Source of the DNA: Giardia intestinalis
Lineage: Eukaryota
Length of the DNA stretch: 64,000 bases
Assembly: GCA_000002435.2 (NCBI GenBank)
Contig: CM018792.1
Strand: one strand, 5' to 3'
The notes beneath the pieces were generated by a model. The model ran no database searches. It worked only from the letters and a program-made list of their open reading frames with translations, and was not told where the DNA came from. Both the position numbers and the translations under genes were made by a program. Positions 19,501 to 27,210 of the stretch are shown one piece after another (position 1 is the first letter of the stretch; each line of letters starts with the position of its first letter).

Positions 19501-22500
19501 TCTGTTTTCCCGTACAAGTTTGTCTCTACGTCGAACAGTTACCCAGAAGTGATACTTACGCAGTCGAAGACTCATTTTTAGTAGCTCCTCTCCATGTGTG
19601 CTATTTTTGATAAGAAAACGGAGAGCAAGATCAATGCTCTTTCGGATTTCTTTAGAGTCTATGTGTGCCTGAATTCTGTCTAATAGGGTGTTAGAGACAC
19701 TAGCCTTGGAAGAACACATGTGCGATGCAAAGGACAGCGAGTCTGGATAAAGCACACCTGCAAACAGAGTGGATCTAAGACCAGGATCACTGGCTCCAGC
19801 GGGACTATGATGAAGTGATTCTGTGCATTGGTGCATGTCAGGCTTGCCGTCTATATGTTCAGAAGAATTGGCAGATGAGGTGTATTTCGAGGAAAAGTTA
19901 ATAGTGAACAATTGATCAGGAGATGCAGAAAGCGGGAAGTTATTGGCATCAAAGAATGGATGATTGACAACTTCAACCATGGTATATCTCTGCATTGGTG
20001 AAGGAGCCAAGAGCCCGCAAAGAAGGTCCGCAAGAAGGAGGGAGAGGTGTGTAGATATTTGCATGGCTTCTTCAGAAGAGCGTTGAAGAGGCAGCTCCCG
20101 GTGCTTCCCGATAAGGACAGAGTAGAGGGCGACGCCAAACTGCCAGACATCAGATGGCATTCCCATATAAAGATTGGGGGTTGCAGCAGATGGTGTGTTC
20201 CAGACACGAAGGCTTTCAGGTGGCATGCACTGTCGCGTTCCAGCTATGCTACTTAGATATGCTGGAAAGACATGTCTGCTTAGCGGATGATGACATATGA
20301 ACTCGGAGGAACTAAAAAGGACTGTGAGTCGCTCAGCCAATTTATCTTCGAAAATGCTGGATGTGAAGTACGTATTGAGTAACTCAAGCAAAAAATAAAA
20401 ATCTTGAAAGACTTGTGGTTGCATGTCTGAGATCAAAAGCTTGTTGAGGTACCTGATAACATGATGGAGATAGAGCCGCCTTGTAGATGAGGATTTCCGT
20501 GAAAGCACCACCTGACTGAAAGAAAAGTTGCTTGCCTTGTGTACACGTGGTAATCGGCGTGCGAAGGATTTGGAGCTAGCGTCGTGTCGTTGAAGGTTGT
20601 TAAAAGTTAAGGCTTTAGATGTAAGATTTAGTGCACAATGAAGGATGTGTGAGGGTGAGGAGTAAGTTGAAGTATTAGTCTGAATGTCGCTGAGTAGCAC
20701 GGGTCCATTCTTTTCGAGAGTAGAGCAACTAGTTTCTTGATTCCTTGTATCAAGAAGATTAGCTCCATCGGCACCATGAGAGTGGCACTGTCCCATATTA
20801 TCAAGGAGCTGAGAGTCAGAGCTACTTTCGTTATCACTACAAACCAGAGGCTGATTTTCATCTGTGAGTGTAGTTATAAACTGTGTAGTCGAGCTTACGG
20901 GACTAGAGCATATTTCTATGTCATTGGGAGTCATTGATGCCGGTAAAATGAGATCTGAGGTAGTCTGATCCGGTACAAAAAATCTCTCAGTGGTATCTGT
21001 ACAGAAAGTAGACTTTGCAAACGACAATTCAGACGAAGAGCTTGTAGACAGTGTGAACGTTTCCTGCAAGTGACCACATTTTGAACTATTGGTTAGAAAC
21101 GATTTCAGCTCATTGGTACCACCAAAGATCTTTGTTTTGGGACGCAACTTGTCTAAATTTTCACACGAAACGTAATAGTCAGTGTGTAAAATGTTTGGTT
21201 GATGTGAATCCGGTTCATAGCGTATAGTGCTAAAGAAGAAGTCTTCTAGAAATGCATCCAGAAAATCAAAGTTAGTAAGGAGGGATGACCAATTATCGGT
21301 GAATACATCGATAAGGACTTTTATTAGCTCATGCACTATTTTTCCTAGCAAGTCTTGCAATGATGGGAGCACCTTACCGTGAACAGATAGATCTTTTGCT
21401 GTGTCAAAATCGCTTAACTTGGCGACAAGAAAGTACGTGTTTATATTTGAGCGCTTAATAGCGTGCTCAAAGGCTACTCTATTCGTGGAATCAAACTGGC
21501 TGCTGAAAATAAGTGAATAATAAATGTAAAAAGGGGCTATCTTAGCAAACTCTAGCGAGGTCACTGAAGTATCCAGAATAGTCTCCACAGAATCATATGC
21601 TCCCAAGGAAATTGGGGGTATCAAGTGTTTGTTGCAGGAACTAGCGCTGAAATCAGCGTTGGTAGACCTGCAAACCTTTGGTTTGCTCTTAGCTGCCAAA
21701 CTGCGCTTAGTAGATGAAAAAGGATCGTGCTCATATTGAGTGGTGGTTTTAGCTGCGTTGGGTTGTTGAGTACAGGGGCACGGAGACTCGAATTCAGGAG
21801 TTGCTGGTTTGAAAGGCTGTATCCAAGTGCGAAGGCATTTGATGCTATCGGGATCCGAATTGTTTGTATCTAGTGAAGAACACAGATTGTAAAGGTTGGA
21901 GAGGTCTATGCCGTACATTAACGAAGACTTATATGGCTTCTCTGATGTAACTGAGTGAGATGGCGAGTTATCATTGTAATCAATCAACACATTTTCTAAC
22001 TTTATATCATGGTGGACAATTAATAAGCTATGTAGATATTCTAAGCCGTATGCAATCTGATAGAATATTAGTACAATATCCCTCAGACTTAGAGTTTTAA
22101 GATTGGAGCTAAGGTCTTTCATGTGACACCGCTCAATCACATATATAAACTTGTTATTATAGGAATCGATATCATCTGGAGGCCTGATGGCTGAGGTTCC
22201 GTTCACGTCAAATATCTGGCCTAGATGTGTTGGGCTAAGTATCCCCTTTACCATATTGTAGGTGATAGTTTTGTTTGGTCTGGAAAAGGATGTGGAAACA
22301 TGGAGGTGGAGAGAATCGACAGTCAGGTTTTGAGAAGACGAAAAAAGCCCGCCAAAATTGCTGTAAATAACGCCAGCATTGAGCATTCGAGTAGGAGCCG
22401 AGGTATTAACGTCTTCTTGTTTTAAATATGGAGTAGGTACTACAAGAAGATTGAAAAAGACCTCATAAAGCCGAACCACGTTGGGGTGTTGTAACCTGTC

Positions 22501-22875
22501 CATGAGAGATGCCGCAGACCATAAAAATTTATCCGCTGCTTCCTGTGTGCCCAAAGTTTTCGCTAATCGTATTCTGTCAACCATTCTTAGGACAAATGTC
22601 TTACGTAGTACTGTGTTTTCAGCAGTATAAACATCGGCGTAGGACCCCTTCCCGATCTGGTTATGTAATTTGTATTCATGAATAGAAACAGATCCGTCTG
22701 GATAAACACGCGTCCAAATACGATCTCTAGCCTGACCGTGCTTGAGCGGTGGGTAGAAGATAAGTTTGACCATAAATTCTAGGACAGTACGATAATGAGT
22801 AGGAGAACTCTCGGACTCGGTGGAGTTTTCGCTTCGAATAGAGTTGGTAGTAAACAAACCAAAGGAATCATCCAT
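16594..22875 (-). CDS. giant divergent protein kinase (NEK-like, 2093 aa) with large inserts
   Basis: ATG at 22875. Gly-loop IGKGSYADVY, catalytic loop HHDIKLENVLI (HRD replaced by HHD), DFD in place of DFG (KLSDFDTAK), and distant PPE...SDVWQFGVALY. The beta-3 strand has FVLRMV where VAIK is expected. About 1200 aa of Ser/Thr-rich low-complexity tail. Confidence 0.7.
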   Translation of the reverse strand: MDDSFGLFTTNSIRSENSTESESSPTHYRTVLEFMVKLIFYPPLKHGQARDRIWTRVYPDGSVSIHEYKLHNQIGKGSYADVYTAENTVLRKTFVLRMVDRIRLAKTLGTQEAADKFLWSAASLMDRLQHPNVVRLYEVFFNLLVVPTPYLKQEDVNTSAPTRMLNAGVIYSNFGGLFSSSQNLTVDSLHLHVSTSFSRPNKTITYNMVKGILSPTHLGQIFDVNGTSAIRPPDDIDSYNNKFIYVIERCHMKDLSSNLKTLSLRDIVLIFYQIAYGLEYLHSLLIVHHDIKLENVLIDYNDNSPSHSVTSEKPYKSSLMYGIDLSNLYNLCSSLDTNNSDPDSIKCLRTWIQPFKPATPEFESPCPCTQQPNAAKTTTQYEHDPFSSTKRSLAAKSKPKVCRSTNADFSASSCNKHLIPPISLGAYDSVETILDTSVTSLEFAKIAPFYIYYSLIFSSQFDSTNRVAFEHAIKRSNINTYFLVAKLSDFDTAKDLSVHGKVLPSLQDLLGKIVHELIKVLIDVFTDNWSSLLTNFDFLDAFLEDFFFSTIRYEPDSHQPNILHTDYYVSCENLDKLRPKTKIFGGTNELKSFLTNSSKCGHLQETFTLSTSSSSELSFAKSTFCTDTTERFFVPDQTTSDLILPASMTPNDIEICSSPVSSTTQFITTLTDENQPLVCSDNESSSDSQLLDNMGQCHSHGADGANLLDTRNQETSCSTLEKNGPVLLSDIQTNTSTYSSPSHILHCALNLTSKALTFNNLQRHDASSKSFARRLPRVHKASNFSFSQVVLSRKSSSTRRLYLHHVIRYLNKLLISDMQPQVFQDFYFLLELLNTYFTSSIFEDKLAERLTVLFSSSEFICHHPLSRHVFPAYLSSIAGTRQCMPPESLRVWNTPSAATPNLYMGMPSDVWQFGVALYSVLIGKHRELPLQRSSEEAMQISTHLSLLLADLLCGLLAPSPMQRYTMVEVVNHPFFDANNFPLSASPDQLFTINFSSKYTSSANSSEHIDGKPDMHQCTESLHHSPAGASDPGLRSTLFAGVLYPDSLSFASHMCSSKASVSNTLLDRIQAHIDSKEIRKSIDLALRFLIKNSTHGEELLKMSLRLRKYHFWVTVRRRDKLVRENRHIFRRSSISNDEIYSLLIQTPHNSKQLLLAALQSSKTENSNAFSKPTKPDEAITPHKSQSGILHAGRFRASSEESTSSAQDSSGSVGSRIKKVPMLKLYETACSSTSNLPIYKARPRTFLNDDSRHTDWSTGKLSGGQFDLMNVAAGDNVLDQLHDDIYLMLNTIPWKSSFVRVMPYISNYDHSMVKSTKRKSSFHSVFNATGTNFTEINPFVDIEVNIKELSIGTHVAFSKLFNLFSLGLLNDMTTLQDSEATTVSTRSLEYIFSNSLLKSAGNIWGLIKALKSIQVGVLLECLVSTVPYFEKLTISRLTWIKHLYSTIKTQRNSSCLSFQRPTVNISHTTLQYPVNTTPLPANDPQITQISLSNVLGRESLYKSASIKLTTSGMNKVFASQYIHEESAASSSTYTTEIQPYSTEPTSPIRKSNNLSPPHDESMEFSCALLSSPSSVPSFIENDSETMRCYYSVNTDSCITLESISSALNGLATIAEEERQLSNKDALLTNNLSLIGSSSYSQSLSARLPITPVDLTISKADLHTSTGIFPFDDLCCLSRSKTASECQLEFPPRSVSVNTLSKAPPSFTADLRADFKERLQERLGESITSGYSVSECVNDALTPADQRESPCPRMVRYSSAMMSGAKIPEYPKITSVLPAQLRQNSSEVLTNDQIMLLHTATSESKGIAALHSQLRNIWAGQANKVGHGTGSSSGQLSAKGSINYPSQKTSSQILRMDSQEKSDSAKIVSSVQGHKLPLRKHGSTTALAGIFSDMSMQCKAIERMSRFVSMESSSYSDSTDCETLLSTALPGKEKTSESCRDHDLPESNALHLEPANSELLLDGNPSNRNNLPDLKNAVKFQKTILNTPRTANSSFTSRNSSANSLHFYEKANAHLSRSSACIATAHNQPYLGECSSIASASDNNIPSCVLDIFDSAVPHEDDVNNVSIAANVTRFLGLDVNNLDNVEIEYSTSTTK

Positions 22876-23078
22876 TTAGTACTAACGCGCTGCACACAAG
22901 AAGGACTATACAAAGGTGTCTTCTATGAGATCAAAGGAGAAGTAACAAAGCGCTCGGATTGCCTGAGAATTCTAATATTTACTTGCTAAAGTGAATCAAA
23001 TGAAAGAAGAGATTTTTATGGAATAATTTGGCCTCTCCCTTGAAACATTTAATTGCGATTTTGCCTTCCTGACCATCC

Positions 23079-25559
23079 ATGCGCCAAGAGAACAAGGCTC
23101 ACCGCGCATCTAGTACAGCAAAGAGTAAGGGAAAGGTTCCTGCCAAAGTTCGAGGGGCTTCAGTGAAAAAGACCGACGGAAAAAGCATTCGCCGGAAACT
23201 GTCGAAAGAGGAGGCTAGGCTTCGCCAGCAATCTCAGAATAAGGCTAAAAACCTAACGAAAAGCATGCCGAAGTATATTGCGCTCCTAGCTCTCAGTGCT
23301 GGCATTGATGCTCGCATTGTCTGGGAACAGCTTTCCACAGCCACTAAGTGTGTCAAGGTCCGACTTCCAGATATAGCCACACAGTCTGCTGTCCATGTGT
23401 TTCAAGGTCAGGGCTATATCCCAATTTTTCCTGACATGCCTCACACCGAACTAGGCCTCATGGATTGCATGGACTCTTTAATGCATGCAGACTTTTTCGT
23501 TTTCATTGTTCATGCAGAAGGGGTGAGCGATATGGGCCGTTTAGTCATACAAGCGGCCCATGCACTCCATTTCAATCAACCTCAGGTTGTTCTAGGTCTC
23601 AGCACAAGTACAGCTGTATCTCACGCCCTTGACAAAGCATTTACAGCAACATTTGAAATATTGGGGTGTAATACCGAAACCTTCACAGATCTAGGGATGC
23701 GGCCTGTGAGTGGTAACGCTCCACCTTTATCTGGAATATCAAATCGACAGAAAAAATTCATCAGGGAGCTTTTCCATCCAGATGCACATGTGATTGCGCC
23801 GTATGACGTTTCACGACACGGTGATTCACTGATGCGATACCTTAGCAACACCGTCGTCTCTGTCGAGCAAACCCGACCTGGATGGATAAGCAAGCGCCCG
23901 GTTGTTCCAATAATTGGATATGAGTTCAAGGAGATAGACTCAGAGACACAGGCTGTCCGGTTCGATGTAGTAGGATGGCTCTCTGGTCAACTCCCACTTA
24001 CTGCAAACCAAAATGCTTATTTACAATCGGTCGGGGCATGCAAGATTCTCAATATCGATACAATAAACGTTCTAAATCCTGCATTCCTTTGTGACGATAA
24101 GTATGCTATCTACGTTCGATCATTTCAGCACTTACAAACAAGAAGCAAGGATGCTGAGGGTTGTGAGCAAAGGAGTGGAGTAGCAGCGAAGGAAACGGTT
24201 ATACAGACCATAATGGAGGCCATGCGTGCAGAAGAGGCGTCTGATAGCTGTGATACATTTGACGCGACTGTTCAAGCGCTTGCCAATCAAGAGGAAACCG
24301 ACACAGTCGATGAAGAGAAGATTCAGATGGGCAGTGACTATGATAGGAAGCTTCAATATCAAAGTGACGAGCCTTGGGAGTATCCTGACGAGTTGGACAT
24401 CCACCCTGCATTCGAACTCCGGACGCTTCTTAAGGGCTGGCGAGGTCTCAAGAGCATGAGGACTTCGCCCTGGAGGATTGCAAGTGAGGAGGTTCCTGAT
24501 GGCTTTGAGGGTCTACACCACATTCATCAACCGGTACAGTTTTACGACTATGTAAGAAAACAACAAATTATGGGTGGACTTACAGCACCTGGGAATTTTC
24601 TTCGCATAACATTGGAGTTTATTTCATCCAGTCATAGCCACCTTATTTCTGCAGGAATTTCAGATGAATTTGCACCAAATCTTGAGGATATATACAGTCA
24701 GTATAGAGAGTTTCTGAATACATTGATGGAAAATGTTACTAGAAACAAGACCGTTGGTCTATGCGGCCTTTACTCCTGCGAAAACAAGGACTCAATAGCT
24801 CATGCTACAATGAGTCTCTACGGTCTTCCTAGTACGTTTGGTGTTCCAGATGCTCCACCAATCAAACCGGGAGAAGAACAACCCCTCACACATGAGCATC
24901 CGTTTATCTTATATGTTGGATTTCGCAGGCTCTACACTGTTCCCCTCCCGAGCCAACCTCTTACACCGACGCGGAGCAAGTTGCAGCGCTATTACCATGG
25001 TCAGGAGTCGAGCATCACCCTTTCTTTCGTGTGCCCCATGTTCGTAGAATATCAAAACCTACCCCCAGTTCTTGCTTTTATCAATAAGAGTATCTCACCC
25101 GGATACTGTAGCATCAAGGAAGACTTTAAGTTTTGTGGCTCTGGCAAGCTCACAAGCCTTGACACCTCCTTCATTACGTTGCAGCGGATAGTCCTCGCTG
25201 GAACGCCCTTTCATATATCGAAGCATCGTGTTGTTGTAAGACACATGTTCTTTTATCCTGAGGATGTTAAGTACTTTGCTCCAGTAGATCTTTATACCGA
25301 AAGCAATGTTCGGGGCCGTATTACGCAATCCATTGGGATGAAGGGATACTTCAAAGCATTCTTTGATGGGAAGGTTGATCACAGCATGGCTATCAAACTG
25401 GCTGTCTACCGGCAGGCGTTCCCGACGCTTGTCAGCCTGCGCTTCGACGCGGGCGACATGCTCCTCTTCGAGCCTGTGGCGGAGTTCTTCGTGAGGAGGA
25501 TCGCGGCGACGCAGGAGGAGCTCGCTCGCCTCGCCGCGGCCCCAGGTGGGGACGAGTGA
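23079..25559 (+). CDS. TSR1: ribosome biogenesis protein Tsr1 (Bms1/Tsr1 family, no GTPase motifs)
   Basis: The N-terminal region DCMDSLMHADFFVFIVHAEGVSDMGRLVIQAAHALHFNQP aligns with the yeast Tsr1 AARP2CN region. The C-terminal DUF663 signature ITLQRIVLAGTPFHISKHRVVVRHMFFYPEDVKYF...GMKGYFKAFFDGKV matches Tsr1 [25 protein letters not shown]...GTHGYFKATFDGKL. Confidence 0.8.
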   Translation: MRQENKAHRASSTAKSKGKVPAKVRGASVKKTDGKSIRRKLSKEEARLRQQSQNKAKNLTKSMPKYIALLALSAGIDARIVWEQLSTATKCVKVRLPDIATQSAVHVFQGQGYIPIFPDMPHTELGLMDCMDSLMHADFFVFIVHAEGVSDMGRLVIQAAHALHFNQPQVVLGLSTSTAVSHALDKAFTATFEILGCNTETFTDLGMRPVSGNAPPLSGISNRQKKFIRELFHPDAHVIAPYDVSRHGDSLMRYLSNTVVSVEQTRPGWISKRPVVPIIGYEFKEIDSETQAVRFDVVGWLSGQLPLTANQNAYLQSVGACKILNIDTINVLNPAFLCDDKYAIYVRSFQHLQTRSKDAEGCEQRSGVAAKETVIQTIMEAMRAEEASDSCDTFDATVQALANQEETDTVDEEKIQMGSDYDRKLQYQSDEPWEYPDELDIHPAFELRTLLKGWRGLKSMRTSPWRIASEEVPDGFEGLHHIHQPVQFYDYVRKQQIMGGLTAPGNFLRITLEFISSSHSHLISAGISDEFAPNLEDIYSQYREFLNTLMENVTRNKTVGLCGLYSCENKDSIAHATMSLYGLPSTFGVPDAPPIKPGEEQPLTHEHPFILYVGFRRLYTVPLPSQPLTPTRSKLQRYYHGQESSITLSFVCPMFVEYQNLPPVLAFINKSISPGYCSIKEDFKFCGSGKLTSLDTSFITLQRIVLAGTPFHISKHRVVVRHMFFYPEDVKYFAPVDLYTESNVRGRITQSIGMKGYFKAFFDGKVDHSMAIKLAVYRQAFPTLVSLRFDAGDMLLFEPVAEFFVRRIAATQEELARLAAAPGGDE

Positions 25560-25569
25560 ACGAAAGATG

Positions 25570-25640
25570 TGCGCATGCCGGGGCTCGAACCCGGAACGAA
25601 AGCTTGGGAAACTCTCATGATACCCTTTCACCACATGCGC
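25570..25640 (-). tRNA. tRNA-Gly (anticodon CCC)
   Basis: Reverse strand reads GCGCATGTGGTGAAAGGGTATCATGAGAGTTTCCCAAGCTTTCGTTCCGGGTTCGAGCCCCGGCATGCGCA. Cloverleaf with loop TTCCCAA, closely resembling eukaryotic tRNA-Gly(CCC). The 3' end is 10 nt from the Tsr1 stop codon. Confidence 0.8.
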
Positions 25641-25718
25641 CTGTTCCGCAGCACTACTGAGGAACTCCAATAAGAATATTAGATTAGGTTGCCTGTGTTT
25701 ACTATGTGGATGGCACGT

Positions 25719-26300
25719 TCACACAGCAAGCCCGAGCTGCTCGAGCGCATTCGCGAACGCGCAGATAGGGAGCCCGAGAACGGTGGGGGCATCCCCCCGC
25801 ATGCAGGAAATCCACCGCGCGGCGTGACCCAGACAGGCGAAGCCGCCGGACTTGTCGTACGGCTCCGAGGTAGCAGCATAGGCAACACTGTCCTCTTTTG
25901 GAATGCGTCGGAAATCGACCTCAGTAGAAGCTGTCAAATCATGGCAAACACCAGGGCCTCTCAGTGCGACTGCAGTTACAACTGTACACGTTGATTCGGA
26001 AAAGTCTTCCAAAAATTGAACGCACTCGGCGGGGCTCTTGGGCTTCTCATAGATTCGCCCTTTACAGACAACTATTGTGTCGCAACCTACGACTAGTGCA
26101 CCAGGGCGGAGAGGAACAGCGCCTTCTGCCTTTATCGCAGCCTTCTTGCAAACGAAGGACTCAATACTGTTCGTAGCTGTAAAAACCACATCATTCTCAT
26201 CTGCCGGAGACGGTACAACCTCGAACGTGTATCCAGCGTCCTGGAGAAGCTGCGCTCGTCTGGGGCTTGTGGATGCAAGAACCAAATGGAGCTTCTTCAT
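25719..26300 (-). CDS. Maf-family nucleoside triphosphate pyrophosphatase
   Basis: The track ORF begins at a TTG (26336); the first ATG is at 26300. Motifs: LVLASTSPRRAQLL, VVGCDTIVVCKGRIYEKP, YDKSGGFA. Confidence 0.8.
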   Translation of the reverse strand: MKKLHLVLASTSPRRAQLLQDAGYTFEVVPSPADENDVVFTATNSIESFVCKKAAIKAEGAVPLRPGALVVGCDTIVVCKGRIYEKPKSPAECVQFLEDFSESTCTVVTAVALRGPGVCHDLTASTEVDFRRIPKEDSVAYAATSEPYDKSGGFACLGHAARWISCMRGDAPTVLGLPICAFANALEQLGLAV

Positions 26301-27210
26301 CTCAGAAATTAAGTGGGCACTGGGTCCATCTGCCAACGACGTTACTGAGTTGTGCTGAATTTTTTAGGAATCTGCACGCTATTATAACAAATTGTGATCT
26401 TACATAAGCTTCTGAAATATGCTAATGCCAACAAGGCATCCATGAATAACTGCAACTGATTGTTTGCTCTATCACACCAACATGAAAATAGTAAACATAG
26501 ACTAGAGATGACGCACGGATTCCAAAACATGTATTGTAGCGAGATAAAACTGGCTATATAGTGATGTATGCGCGTGTACGCACTTTAATGAAAAACGTTC
26601 TCAAGCCTAATTAGAACACAATTTGCAGGCACAGTGTATTAAGTTCGCTCGCTCTAATTATTATCTACTTAGATGTGGCGTGCCTGCTGCTAGTATTACC
26701 TTTGTATCCTAGCCACTCACTAGTGGTATATACGTCTCTCTTATTTCATTTGCAATCAGCACTAACGCATTGACTATTTCGCACAGCAATCTAGCTCCTA
26801 AAGATCAGCCTACAAATAAGTAAGGACGCTTGATAGTGATTAAAGGAAGATTAGGCAGAAAATTCTTACGCGTCTGTAAGCAAGCATAGTTTGATGCTTG
26901 CACAGCTGCCCATAAAGCATGGTCTAGCATACTAGCAGTTTTAATGCAACGTGTGTTCTTTTTAACATCCAAAGAAGTCGGCTCATGTAAGCTACACTTG
27001 AAAGACAAATTGTAGTGTCCTTAGCATAGTTCTTAAGGCAGAGGCAAAATCTAATGATATCTATGTAGGAGTGTCAGATAATTCTACAAAGGCAGTTATA
27101 GCTAACTTCTGTTGGTTCTTCCTAGAACCTCGATCCATTGGTTTGTTTTCAAAAACTATCCAAGTCATCAAAATGTCTGTTGCTAGAACGCTAAAAATTG
27201 GCACCTTGCC

